Notes: generated by a model not told the origin, from the letters alone. 64,000 nucleotides of DNA from an uncultured Pseudomonadota bacterium (GCA_963781815.1 CAWAHK010000003.1:495774-559773); one strand, 5' to 3'. Counted from the stretch's first letter, positions 44,657 through 54,421 are shown. Numbers and translations: made by a program.

Positions 44657-45688
44657 TTAGAAGCGCATCCCAAGTCCCACCAGTAGGACATCCGTGTCAC
44701 GACTGTACGAGGTGAGCGTGCGATGCCAAGAGACCCGGAGCACCCACTGGGCAGCGAACTGATAGCTGAGAGTCGTCGTCCCGAGACCGAGTACGTGCGT
44801 GCGATGGTCTGTTTGGTCCTGGTCGCGCGCGAAATACGGCCCGGCGCCAATTCCGACGCTGGCACGCTGGTCGAAGAAGGTGCGGGTCAGCCAAAGCTGG
44901 CCCGCGACACCTTGGCGTTTTATGGCTTTGGCGTCACCCTCATCGAGGATCGAGCCCGTAATATCAACATAGGGACTGAGATTGCGCCGATATTCCACCA
45001 TCCATGCGGCGCCCTCGGGTGATTGGAAATTGTTGACGACCGTCTTGCCGATGAAGCCATCAATCTCATTGCGATCGGGTGACGCAAATCCGTAGCTGGC
45101 AGGCGGCACGACGGGACCGGGGCGGCTTGCCGCGTCGAGCTGCCAGCCGATACCCAGCAGCACCGAGTCCGTACTGAAGCTCGAGCCTACCTGAGCGCGG
45201 TTATAGCGCAGTTGAACGATCCACGGGGACTTCGGATACCAGTGCACGGCCGCGCTAAATAGTCCGCCCCAGCCATGTGCATCGATGGTCTGTCCCGAAC
45301 TCTGAGCGGTGGTGGTGTCGTAGTAGCGGTAAGGACCGGCGCCGACAGCGAAATCCAGCTTGCGTGAGGGGCTCAGCAGCCGAAACCAGAGCTGCCCACT
45401 GACGCCATCACGATGGTTATCAGTAACGTGCCCCTCATTCAGATAGTCATATGACAGAACGAAGTGCTCGCTCAAATTGTGCGCATACTCGAACCCATAG
45501 GCGTATGAGCCCTCCCCCTGGTGAACGGTTCGCTGTGCGCCGGCGAAGATATATATCTCCTGGGCGTGAGCCGCAGAAGCCATTGCAAGGGCGACGAGAA
45601 CCACGAGCCATTGCCAGCCCGCAGTCACGACCGCGCGCCACACGACCGACGCACAGAATGAAACGCGGGATGCGCTGGCCGTGATCAC
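44657..45688 (-). CDS. outer-membrane beta-barrel protein with internal tandem duplication
   Basis: Signal-like N-terminus ..LVVLVALAMASAAHA. C-terminal ..LLVGLGMRF. The two halves align: EY..NLS...L.EG....GV.GQLW....G.GAGPY....W..R....D.LL.G.G. Confidence 0.65.
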   Translation of the reverse strand: MITASASRVSFCASVVWRAVVTAGWQWLVVLVALAMASAAHAQEIYIFAGAQRTVHQGEGSYAYGFEYAHNLSEHFVLSYDYLNEGHVTDNHRDGVSGQLWFRLLSPSRKLDFAVGAGPYRYYDTTTAQSSGQTIDAHGWGGLFSAAVHWYPKSPWIVQLRYNRAQVGSSFSTDSVLLGIGWQLDAASRPGPVVPPASYGFASPDRNEIDGFIGKTVVNNFQSPEGAAWMVEYRRNLSPYVDITGSILDEGDAKAIKRQGVAGQLWLTRTFFDQRASVGIGAGPYFARDQDQTDHRTHVLGLGTTTLSYQFAAQWVLRVSWHRTLTSYSRDTDVLLVGLGMRF

Positions 45689-46186
45689 GGTGACAGGGAG
45701 TGCGACACAACTTCAAACATGACAGCAGCATAGCCATCGCCGATGAGCGCGGCTATGTCTTTAAGCTAATGAACCACGCGCTCGCACATGATGCAGCGAT
45801 GGACACGGGTTTCTTCGGCCAACTGCATGACAATCTCGACTTGTCCTACAGGCTGTCAGGGCCGCGGCCGACCGACCGTGCCGAGTGATTCGGATCTTGA
45901 CCGCACTCGCCGCAGCAGTTCTCGATTGAACACCTGCTGAGGTGCGGTGGATGCACGCCAGGCGCATCGCACTTACTGGTAGAACGAAAGGGCGCAGAAC
46001 GAGCGCTGGCGTCTGGACTTTGATCGCATACCGACGCAGGCGCCCATGTTGCGCGTGTACGCGAACCTCCGGTCCTTCGCCCGCGCGAATGCGGCCACCA
46101 CCGCCCTTTTTTCGGCGGCATCCGACCTCAACATCCCGTGAGGCCTCAGATACACTAGCGCTCCCACCCCGAAGCGAGAGATCTCG

Positions 46187-47884
46187 ATGTGTAGCCCGCT
46201 GCGACTGTCCCTTGCCGCGATCCTGCTCCTCTGTGCTGGTCATGCTGCGGCCAGTCCGGCGGACCTGCGCGCCACCGCACACGAGTACTACCAGTGGCGC
46301 GATGCGGCTTATCCGGTGGCGACCAGCGACCAGGGCGATCACCGCTACGACAATCGCCTGGCTGATTACAAAATGAGTGAGGTCCTGCGCCGGCGGGAAC
46401 ACGTAAGCGATCTGCTTACCAAGGTGGGCGCGCTCACCACGGAGGGGTGGGGCAAAGACGACCGCATAGACCGCATCCTGTTTCAATCCCAACTTGCCGG
46501 AGCGGACTTCTTCGGGCGCCAGTTAGATCCTGAAAGTTCAGATCCTCAGGTGTACGTCAACGAGTGCACCAACGCGATTTTCAGTCTGCTCAAGAAGGAT
46601 TACGCGTCGCCGCGCACACGTGGACTCGCCGCCACTGCCCGCCTTCAGCGGATGCCCGGACTGCTGCAGACTGCGCGCGCGAATCTGACCCATCCGGTCA
46701 AACTGTACGCCTCACTGGCAATCGAGGCAGTGCGCGGGGGCGACGAGCTGTACACGGTCAGCCTTATGAGCCTGGCCGAGGGCATGTCGCCGGCGGAGCG
46801 CAAGCGGCTGGATACGGCGCGTGACGCGGCACTCAAGGCGTTGCATGACTATGCCGACTGGTTACAAGCCGGTCTACCCAAGATGCCTGAATGGCAGCCC
46901 ATGGGAGAGGCAAAGTACAACTACCTGCTCAAGCATGTACTGCTGCTACCGTTCGACGCGCATGACGTCGCGCATCTAGGAGAGGTGGAGCTGGCGCGTT
47001 ACCGGGCACTGGAAGCGATGCTGAAGGATCCGACCCTTGCTTCGCCCGATCCGCGACGCGCCGCGCATGTGCCCAAGGACCAGGCCGAGTTTCTTGCAGC
47101 GTACGAGTCACGCCTGAAGGAAGTCGTAAGCTTCCTCCAGGCGAATCGGCTGGTAACGATTCCGGGCTATATGGGGGCTTTCCAGATCCGCGAGCTTCCC
47201 GAAGCATTCAAGCCTACGGCCCCCGGTGGCTTTATGAATCCGCCCGGTATCTACGACAAGGACCCCGTCGGCTTCTACTTTATCCCGACCTATAATCCCA
47301 ACAGCGGCAATTTCTATATACGCGCCGCCATCGAAGATCCGCGTCCAATCCTGGCGCACGAGGGAATTCCGGGACACTTTTTGCAGCTTTCAATCGCAAA
47401 TCACCTCCAGAACGAAATCCGGCGTCAGCATTCAGACAGTGTCTTCTCGGAAGGCTGGGCGCTATACGGGGAGGAGATGCTCTCGCGTGAGGGCTTGTAC
47501 CCGGATAACTCCGCAGCACAGGCTCAGGTCCTGCGCCTTAGCCGCTACCGGGCGGCGCGCATCGGGGTGGACGTAAACCTTCACACTGGGCGCTGGAACT
47601 TTGAGCAGGCGGTGGGCTACTTCATGGAGGCCGGCGGACTGGACCGCGAGGCAGCCGAGGGCGAAGCAGCCGGGGCTGCCTCCTCACCCACGCAGAAGAT
47701 CTCTTACATCACGGGCAAGTGGCAGATCATGCGGCTGCTCGGTCGCTATCGCGACCGTCAGGGTGCGGAGTTTCGCCTCGGGGCGTTTCACGACCAGCTT
47801 ATAAGCTACGGAAGCCTGCCCCTGTCCGTCATCGAATCCTTGATGCTGGATGACGAGACCTCTCTGCATGCAGCGTTGCAATAA
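46187..47884 (+). CDS. DUF885-family (metallopeptidase-like) secreted protein
   Basis: Signal peptide MCSPLRLSLAAILLLCAGHAAA. ILAHEGIPGHFLQ is the HExxPGHxxQ motif typical of DUF885. Size 565 aa. Confidence 0.75.
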   Translation: MCSPLRLSLAAILLLCAGHAAASPADLRATAHEYYQWRDAAYPVATSDQGDHRYDNRLADYKMSEVLRRREHVSDLLTKVGALTTEGWGKDDRIDRILFQSQLAGADFFGRQLDPESSDPQVYVNECTNAIFSLLKKDYASPRTRGLAATARLQRMPGLLQTARANLTHPVKLYASLAIEAVRGGDELYTVSLMSLAEGMSPAERKRLDTARDAALKALHDYADWLQAGLPKMPEWQPMGEAKYNYLLKHVLLLPFDAHDVAHLGEVELARYRALEAMLKDPTLASPDPRRAAHVPKDQAEFLAAYESRLKEVVSFLQANRLVTIPGYMGAFQIRELPEAFKPTAPGGFMNPPGIYDKDPVGFYFIPTYNPNSGNFYIRAAIEDPRPILAHEGIPGHFLQLSIANHLQNEIRRQHSDSVFSEGWALYGEEMLSREGLYPDNSAAQAQVLRLSRYRAARIGVDVNLHTGRWNFEQAVGYFMEAGGLDREAAEGEAAGAASSPTQKISYITGKWQIMRLLGRYRDRQGAEFRLGAFHDQLISYGSLPLSVIESLMLDDETSLHAALQ

Positions 47885-47913
47885 GCAACTTGCCCGTGTC
47901 CGTTGCACACGGC

Positions 47914-48315
47914 TCAATTTGCGCGCTGCAGGGACCGAAGCGCCTGGTTCCACCGGCGGATCTGGGCTTTCACCTGATCTCCATTTTCGGCCACTCGCTG
48001 GGAAGTGACCGCAGCCTGTGGAGCCACGGCCTTTAAGAAGGCGCGATCGGCCATTGCCGGCTCGCCAGCCGCCAGATAGCACTCGCCCGCTAGCTGGTAC
48101 GAGCCGTCTTGCCAAGCCTGTTCGGCAATTTCCCGGGCGCGTTGCGGACTCGTCTCGATGCAGCGCAACTCCGCCGTCGGAGCGACGTCCACGGCTAGCG
48201 ATGAGGTGCTCGCCGTGCTCGGCGGGTACGACTTCGGGTCCTCCCCTTGAGCCGCTCCGGTACTTGCCAGGATCACGAGTCCGATCAGTAGCAATTGTTT
48301 TGGGATGATTCGCAT
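47914..48315 (-). CDS. small secreted hypothetical protein
   Basis: MRIIPKQLLLIGLVILASTGAAQG signal peptide. 133 aa with no family recognised. Confidence 0.5.
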   Translation of the reverse strand: MRIIPKQLLLIGLVILASTGAAQGEDPKSYPPSTASTSSLAVDVAPTAELRCIETSPQRAREIAEQAWQDGSYQLAGECYLAAGEPAMADRAFLKAVAPQAAVTSQRVAENGDQVKAQIRRWNQALRSLQRAN

Positions 48316-48575
48316 TGCCAGGTCCCGCAACGCAATGAAAACTCACGCGCTTGGTACCTTTGTACACACTGCCGCTTCGCGAGAAAATTGGTCGTATTAG
48401 CGAACTAAATCTCTCTCGACCGGTAGAGCGCCTCGTCGCCCGGAACCCGTGCCGGAAGCCGGTGCCCCCCTTGAAGGGGACGCAACTCGACCCAATGGCT
48501 CGGTTACGCAGATCCTTGATTCGACTGGATCGAGCAACCCCGAACGCTCCTCGCCGGTAGCTATAATCCAGCGGC

Positions 48576-49145
48576 ATGGCCGGATTGTTCCCAAGGTTTA
48601 AGGAAGCTGTCTTTTCCCTGATCGTTTGGGCAATCGTAGCGGCTGGCGGCTGGCTGTATTTCAATACCGGGCATAAGCCCCCCAGTACCCCGCCGAACAC
48701 CCCCAATTCCCCCAGTACCCCGCCGAGTACCCCCGGTACGCCGTCGACTCCTTCGAGCACGGACATCGACTTCCGCGGCTACTTCGCTACGTTTGATCAG
48801 CTGGCGGGCCGGGTTAGCGACCAGGAACAGTTCGTGAATGGCATGAAAGGCAAGAAAATTCGATGGCGCGGGTACGTGGCGTACGTCCGCAATTCCGATG
48901 TCTCTCGAACGAAAATTGCGCTCGCCATCACTCCGACACCAGGCGACGAGGCACGACTGGCTTTGGTTTATTTCGGCGAAGATATGCGCGTGCGGCTGTT
49001 CGCGTTACGCGAGAAGGACCTCGTCGAGGTTACTGGCACATTCAATTCCGACGCTTCGCACACCCCATACATTCAGGGCGACAGCATGCAGACTCTTACG
49101 TCGACCCCGACCACATCGCCTGCCCCAGCTGCAGCTGCGCGGTGA
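48576..49145 (+). CDS. membrane-anchored hypothetical protein with Pro/Ser/Thr linker
   Basis: TM: AVFSLIVWAIVAAGGWLYF. Linker: PPSTPPNTPNSPSTPPSTPGTPSTPSS. A roughly 100-aa globular part follows. Confidence 0.55.
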   Translation: MAGLFPRFKEAVFSLIVWAIVAAGGWLYFNTGHKPPSTPPNTPNSPSTPPSTPGTPSTPSSTDIDFRGYFATFDQLAGRVSDQEQFVNGMKGKKIRWRGYVAYVRNSDVSRTKIALAITPTPGDEARLALVYFGEDMRVRLFALREKDLVEVTGTFNSDASHTPYIQGDSMQTLTSTPTTSPAPAAAAR

Positions 49146-49455
49146 ATCCAGGCGGGAGCGCGCCACTGCCGGCAAGACGCGCAGTACGCGACTCAGGCTA
49201 GAGCATACCTACAAGGTCTCAGCCGGTTATGACCGCAGCCCATGGAGCCATCACGACCATTCTCCGCATCGCAACTGAACTCGGCGCGATCCTTCATCGC
49301 ACGTTCACTGCTTAGACACTGACATTCTCACCTGGTCGGGGGAGATTGGCGTCGCGCTCCGCGGCTTGACGCCCGAGAGCCCTCGGGGGTAGATAGCGGG
49401 AAACCCGATTCCCCGTCGCTACCCTACCCTAAGGCTCACTCCCGAGGATGAGGAC

Positions 49456-49887
49456 ATGAAGAAGTCGAGCGCGAGCCAAGGCCAGCCGGCGTCGGAGTTC
49501 ATCTCGAAGCGAATCGCCGAACTCGGGGACTGGCGTGGTGGAACCCTCAGTCGCATGCGCAAGCTCATCAAGGAAGCAGACCCGGACGTCGTTGAGGAGT
49601 GGAAGTGGATGGGCACTCCGGTTTGGTCGCACGACGGCATCATCTGCACCGGTGAATCCTACAAGAAGGTCGTGAAGCTTACCTTCGCCAAGGGCGCGTC
49701 TCTGAAGGATCCAGCCCGTCTCTTCAACTCGAGTCTCGAGGGAAACGTACGGCGCGCGATCGACATTCACGAAGGAGAAGAAGTTGACGAGTCCGCCTTC
49801 AAGGCGCTCGTTCGCCAGGCGATCGCGCTGAACAGTTCCGGCACCTCAAAACCTGCGAAGAAAGCAAAGTCCGCAAGCAGTCGGTGA
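49456..49887 (+). CDS. DUF1801 (YdhG-like) domain protein
   Basis: FISKRIAELGDWRGGTLSRMRKLIKEADPDVVEEWKWMGTPVWSHDGIICTGESYKKVVKLTFAKGA is typical of the family. GAGGATGAGG RBS. Confidence 0.75.
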   Translation: MKKSSASQGQPASEFISKRIAELGDWRGGTLSRMRKLIKEADPDVVEEWKWMGTPVWSHDGIICTGESYKKVVKLTFAKGASLKDPARLFNSSLEGNVRRAIDIHEGEEVDESAFKALVRQAIALNSSGTSKPAKKAKSASSR

Positions 49888-49961
49888 ACCGTTCCCGACG
49901 CTGGCTGGCGGAGCAGCTGTCTCTCAGCTAAATCCGGGTTGGATTTTGTCCGGAGGGGTCG

Positions 49962-50360
49962 CTATCCCCGATTACCAGCCGTCGCCAGTAGGCGCAGCCG
50001 GGTAGCAGCGGCATCCCGGAGCCTTTCCGAGCGATAGCTGCCGACTTCCCCCGCAGTGAAGTCTTCCAGGCCGCGCGGCACCGCCCGATCACTCAAACTG
50101 CGAATCATCCAGTTGAGCAGCTCGGCAATCTCACGATCCGAAAGCGCCGATTGCGAGGTCCCGGGAACCTGCACGAGGTAACGGCGTCCCGTCGGTGTCT
50201 GTGCAAAGGGGACGAGGGTAGTGCGCAGTGAGGGCACCTTGCCGGGCGCGCCGGAACCATCTTCCAGGTGGCACCCCATGCAGTTGAGCATGTAATTGGC
50301 CTTTGGCTCATAGGCGTGCGCCGCATGCGCCGCCACCAGCATCCCAAGAAGCCAGGGCAT
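49962..50360 (-). CDS. mono-haem c-type cytochrome, periplasmic
   Basis: Signal peptide MPWLLGMLVAAHAAHA. A single CMGCH haem-binding site. It starts 24 nt after the amine-dehydrogenase small-subunit stop. The longer ORF (to 50453) would overlap that gene. Confidence 0.7.
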   Translation of the reverse strand: MPWLLGMLVAAHAAHAYEPKANYMLNCMGCHLEDGSGAPGKVPSLRTTLVPFAQTPTGRRYLVQVPGTSQSALSDREIAELLNWMIRSLSDRAVPRGLEDFTAGEVGSYRSERLRDAAATRLRLLATAGNRG

Positions 50361-50383
50361 CGCTGACAGCGCGTCTATCGCCC

Positions 50384-50896
50384 TCACTTGGCCGTGCCCA
50401 CGATGCGCGCGACCGAGCAGTTGTACGCAATTCCGACCTTGCTTCCCGCACACCAGTCGTAGTCATTGGCCCGGAACGGTTCATAGAGCGGCTTGTCGTT
50501 CTCGTTGCGATTGCATAGGCAACGGCCGCAGCTGCCTTTTCCGCAACAGTCATTGTAGGAAACGATGTAGTCCTTGCCGTCGCCAGGATTGTGACAGGTA
50601 CCGATCCACGTCACGGCCGACGGCTCGGTGCCGGGCGGACAGCTGTGTTGGGTGCCACCGCAACAGCTGCAGAGAAACCCGTCAATTGCGCAGTGGCGCC
50701 AATAGTCGCAACTGGTGGGGTCCCCCGGATCCTTGGTCGACTCGGTCTTGCCGGGAGCCCCGCGCGCCATTGGCAGCAACGGCAGCGTGGCCGCGCCGGC
50801 CAGAATCAGCCCGAGGCGCCCCAGCACGCTGCGCCGGCTGGTGCGGCGCGCAAGGCCGCGTGCGCCGTCCTCAACCCACCGATCGACCCGTTTCAT
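50384..50896 (-). CDS. mauA: TTQ-dependent (methylamine/aromatic) amine dehydrogenase small (light) subunit
   Basis: Tat signal RRTSRRSVLGRLG. Cys-rich core: SCDYWRHCAIDGFLCSCCGG..CPPGT..VTWIGTCHNP.DGKDYIVSYNDCCGKGSCGRCLC..NDYDWCAG..YNCSVARIVG. Both TTQ-forming Trp contexts are present (TW.GTC and DWC). GGAGGG RBS. Confidence 0.9.
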   Translation of the reverse strand: MKRVDRWVEDGARGLARRTSRRSVLGRLGLILAGAATLPLLPMARGAPGKTESTKDPGDPTSCDYWRHCAIDGFLCSCCGGTQHSCPPGTEPSAVTWIGTCHNPGDGKDYIVSYNDCCGKGSCGRCLCNRNENDKPLYEPFRANDYDWCAGSKVGIAYNCSVARIVGTAK

Positions 50897-50918
50897 GCTC
50901 TACCCTCCCGGGAGCCGC

Positions 50919-52172
50919 TCAGGGCAGCACCAGCGTTGTTGGCGTCAGCCCGATAGCCGACACCGTCCGCAGGTGCTTGCCGGACAGCGCCTCGTAGACC
51001 TCCAGGTCGTGACTGCCTATAAAGGCGGCAAGTAACAGCGGTCTGGCGTCCTCGGTGACCTGAATCGAGCCGGCGGGACTTGCCAGCGGCAGCGTCCTGA
51101 GGCGCTTGCCCTGTGCGACGTCGAACACCCAGACCTCGCTGCCGGGGTCCTTGTGCGTCCCTTCCCCACCCTGGTGCATGACCGCGTAGAGCTGGTGCAG
51201 GGTCCGATGGATCGCAAGGTGCTGCAGCCCCCCGGGTCGCCACCCCTTCTTGCGCTCCTCCGCGCTCGTCAGCCACCAGCGGGTCCCCGCCGAGATCTGC
51301 GTCGGGGAAACCTTCAGGGGCAGCACCTCACCCTTGAACGAAACGAACCAGTAGGTGTCGCCGCTGCGAACGCCCTTCTCAGTGACTGGATCAGCCTCCG
51401 CGTCAATCAACTTCGGCGTGTGCGCGCTGCCCGTCGGCTTGCCATGCTCGTCGATGCTGACTTGCAGCAGTGACCCGTCCGCGCAGATCGAAAAAAATGA
51501 CCGCGGGCCCGTCGGGTAGACCAAGGCGCAGCCTGCCGTATCGATTTCACCGACGAAGCTTCGGTTGCGGGTGTCGATAACGCTGACCGACTGCGCCGGG
51601 GTAAAGTTGTAGATAAGCAGGAAACGCTCATCGTCGGTCAGTACCGCCGCATTCACCATCGGCATGATCGCCGCACGCTTGGGCGGGATCGGGATCTCCG
51701 CGCCGGGGCTGAGGGTCTTGGGGTCGTAGAGCGTCACGACATCGGCGCGCGTCCCGCGCGTGCCGCGGGAGAAATAGGTCTCGGGCGAGTACAGAGTCTC
51801 ACTGGAGCGCGCCGGCACGATCCCGAGGTAGCCGTAGCCGGTACTTAGCATGCCGCGGAACGTACCCGTGTCGGCGTCAATGAGATAGGCGCGTCCGTCC
51901 GCCATGTAGTCGAACACGATGTCGTTGACCCACACCCAGTGCGGGCCCGGGTGCGCGGGCAAGGGGCCCTCGTTGATCAGCGGCTCCGGGGCGAGCTCCG
52001 CGATCGATGCCCGCGGCCCGGCGAGCCCCAGGATCGCCCCGAGAAGTGCCGGCCCCCACCCGGTGAAGCGACTTCGAGTGACTTCGCCTCTGGCGTGATT
52101 TCCGCGAGCGCCGCAGCGAAGGCGACGATGCTGGCGCGCTAGCCAGGCGACGCGCACCTCAGCGGGCCACAT
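50919..52172 (-). CDS. mauB: amine dehydrogenase large (heavy) subunit, 7-bladed propeller
   Basis: YSPETYFSRGTRGTRADVVTLYDPKTLSPGAEIPIPPKRA..FLLIYNFTPAQSVSVID.. matches the MADH/AADH heavy-chain pattern. ATG 52172 overlaps the upstream ALDH gene by 14 nt. Confidence 0.85.
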   Translation of the reverse strand: MWPAEVRVAWLARQHRRLRCGARGNHARGEVTRSRFTGWGPALLGAILGLAGPRASIAELAPEPLINEGPLPAHPGPHWVWVNDIVFDYMADGRAYLIDADTGTFRGMLSTGYGYLGIVPARSSETLYSPETYFSRGTRGTRADVVTLYDPKTLSPGAEIPIPPKRAAIMPMVNAAVLTDDERFLLIYNFTPAQSVSVIDTRNRSFVGEIDTAGCALVYPTGPRSFFSICADGSLLQVSIDEHGKPTGSAHTPKLIDAEADPVTEKGVRSGDTYWFVSFKGEVLPLKVSPTQISAGTRWWLTSAEERKKGWRPGGLQHLAIHRTLHQLYAVMHQGGEGTHKDPGSEVWVFDVAQGKRLRTLPLASPAGSIQVTEDARPLLLAAFIGSHDLEVYEALSGKHLRTVSAIGLTPTTLVLP

Positions 52173-53571
52173 TGACCACCTGTATGGTGGTGTATTCCTT
52201 CAAGCCGTCCACGTTGAACTCCACTCCCAAGCCGGAACTCTTGACCCCGCCAAATGGCGCCAACGGGTGCAGCGCTCCGTGTTGGTTCACCCAGGCCGTC
52301 CCACATTCGAGCTGGCGCGCGTACCTGGCGGCCTCCTGTGGGTCATTACCCCACACAGATCCGCCGAGCCCGACCTCCAGGGAGTTCGCACGCCGCATCG
52401 CCTCCTCCACACTACGGTACTTGATGATCGGGATCACAGGTCCGAACTGCTCTTCCCTCACCACGCGCATCTCATCCGTCGCCTCGGCGATGACCGTCAG
52501 GGGATAGAAGTAGCCGGGTTCCTCCCTGCGCTCGCCGCCCAGGACTACCTTGGCGCCCCGGGCGCGGGCGTCAGCGACGTAGCCCATCACCTTGTCGAGC
52601 TGCATGCGATTCGACAGCGGCCCGATGAGATTCTTCGGATCAAGGCCGTTGCCGACCGGAATCGTCGCGGCGAAGTCCGAGAACCGCCGCACCACCTCGT
52701 CGTACTGGCCTTCGTGCACGTACAGGCGCTTGAGCGAGGCGCAAGTCTGCCCGGCGTTGATGTAGCAGCCCCAGAAAAGCTTCTCCAGCAGCGGTCCGAT
52801 ATTGGTTCCCGGCAGCACCACCCCCGCATCATTGCCACCGAGCTCCAGGGTGACCCGCTTCACCGTCTGCGAGGCGCTACCCATGATTTTCTTGCCGGTG
52901 GCGATCGAGCCGGTGAAGACGATCTTGCCGACCCCCGGGTGGCTTGCGAGGTGTGTGCCGACCTCCGCCCCGCCCGTCACGACATTGACGACCCCCGGGG
53001 GGAGCACCTCGTTTATCAGCTGCACCAGACGCAGCGTCGACAACGGAGTAAAGGGCGAGGGCTTGATCACCACGGTACACCCCACCCGCACGGCGGGCAT
53101 GATGTGCCACACGGCGATCAGCAGCGGCCAGTTCCAGGGTGTGATGGAGCCCACCACTCCAACGGGCTTGCGATGCACGACGATGCTGGCAGCCTGGTCG
53201 TCCTGAATCGTCTCCTCCGGCAGCGTGAGGCCTGCCGTGACGCGCGTCCAGGCAACGGCACCGCCCACCTCATAGTTCGCACCCGGACCGCTTTGCGTCT
53301 TGCCCTGCTCGCGCGTCACGAGCTCGGAGAGCTCCGGGTGGTGCTGCTCGATCAGCGCGGCGATCGCCATGAGTTTTGCCGCACGCTCAGCATCGGGTAC
53401 CGCAGACCAGAGCGGCAGTGCGCGACGCGCGCTCGCCACGGCCGCGTCGACCAGTTCGGGCGTTGCCTGCGGGCACCTGGCGACGACCGACTCGTCCGCA
53501 GGATTGAGTACATCAAACGTCCCGACGACCGTGGCCGCCTTGCCGTCTATGGTTAGTACATACGCTGCCAT
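52159..53571 (-). CDS. NAD(P)-dependent aldehyde dehydrogenase
   Basis: ITPWNWPLL, KPSPFTP, VTLELGGNDA (Glu active site) and INAGQTCASLKR (Cys active site) are ALDH-family motifs. Confidence 0.9.
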   Translation of the reverse strand: MAAYVLTIDGKAATVVGTFDVLNPADESVVARCPQATPELVDAAVASARRALPLWSAVPDAERAAKLMAIAALIEQHHPELSELVTREQGKTQSGPGANYEVGGAVAWTRVTAGLTLPEETIQDDQAASIVVHRKPVGVVGSITPWNWPLLIAVWHIMPAVRVGCTVVIKPSPFTPLSTLRLVQLINEVLPPGVVNVVTGGAEVGTHLASHPGVGKIVFTGSIATGKKIMGSASQTVKRVTLELGGNDAGVVLPGTNIGPLLEKLFWGCYINAGQTCASLKRLYVHEGQYDEVVRRFSDFAATIPVGNGLDPKNLIGPLSNRMQLDKVMGYVADARARGAKVVLGGERREEPGYFYPLTVIAEATDEMRVVREEQFGPVIPIIKYRSVEEAMRRANSLEVGLGGSVWGNDPQEAARYARQLECGTAWVNQHGALHPLAPFGGVKSSGLGVEFNVDGLKEYTTIQVVNVAR

Positions 53572-53623
53572 GTCGCGCCTCGGCTCATTCTTCTCAATGG
53601 AGAGTGCTCCCAAACGGGGCCCG

Positions 53624-54421
53624 TCAGTCTCGATACGAGGTGTCTACGCGGTCCAGTTGCCTCACCAGCGCATCGAACGCCGCCTTACAGGTCTTGGGCT
53701 GCCGGCCGGCTGCTTCGAGGTGCGTCTGCGTCAGTACGTGCGCGGGCAGCCGACCGAGCCGACCGGTCTGTGCAGCGGCCACTTGTATGTCACAGGCACG
53801 CTGCAGCAACCACAGCCACATGAAGGCTTCCTCGAGCGTCTCTCCCCAGGTCAGCAAACCGTGATTGCGCAGGATAACCACTCGCTTATCGCCGATGCTC
53901 GCGATCATTCGAGCCTGCTCGTCCGGGTTGACGGTGACACCCTCGAAGACGTGGTAGGCGACGCGACCGTGCAGCTGTGCACCGTAGAACGAATCGTGCG
54001 ACAGCCCCTCCTCCAGGCAGGCCACGGCGCTCCCCGTCGTCGTATGCGTGTGCATGACGCAGTGGGCGGCCTCGATCGCTCCATGTATCGCGCTATGGGT
54101 TACGAAGCCGGCCAGGTTGACCGGATAGTCCGTGGGCCGCACGGGCCGCCCCTGCAGATCGACGGCCACCAGATTCGAGGCCGTTACCTCGCGGTAGTGC
54201 AGGCCGAACGGGTTGATCAGAAAGATCGTCTCGGGCCCGGGGACGCGCAGGGTAATGTGATTAAAGATCAGCTCCGTCCAGCCCAGGTAGTCGAAAATCC
54301 GATAGCACGCGGCAAGCCGGACACGCGCTTGCCGCTCCGCGTCGGTAATCGGCAGCAGCCGCTCACCGCTGCGGGGCGCCTGCTTCATGAGAAGCCCCTT
54401 GGCCTTGGTGGTTGACGTCAT
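53624..54421 (-). CDS. class II aldolase/adducin-family protein
   Basis: CYRIFDYLGW..NHITLRVP..NLVAVDLQG..HSAIHGA..HCVMHTHTTTGSAVA..VILRNHGLLTWGETLEEAF is the family pattern. Confidence 0.85.
   Translation of the reverse strand: MTSTTKAKGLLMKQAPRSGERLLPITDAERQARVRLAACYRIFDYLGWTELIFNHITLRVPGPETIFLINPFGLHYREVTASNLVAVDLQGRPVRPTDYPVNLAGFVTHSAIHGAIEAAHCVMHTHTTTGSAVACLEEGLSHDSFYGAQLHGRVAYHVFEGVTVNPDEQARMIASIGDKRVVILRNHGLLTWGETLEEAFMWLWLLQRACDIQVAAAQTGRLGRLPAHVLTQTHLEAAGRQPKTCKAAFDALVRQLDRVDTSYRD

Noticed and set aside
48562-48567. TATAAT 8 nt upstream of the ATG at 48576, considered as a second leaderless promoter.
   Set aside because: No acceptable -35 lies at 16-18 nt spacing, so a lone hexamer is not enough.
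49962-50453. Cytochrome c downstream of mauA considered as MauG.
   Set aside because: It has only one CxxCH and about 132 aa. MauG is a roughly 40-kDa di-haem protein of the peroxidase fold. The first 31 codons of the long ORF overlap mauA and are probably not translated.
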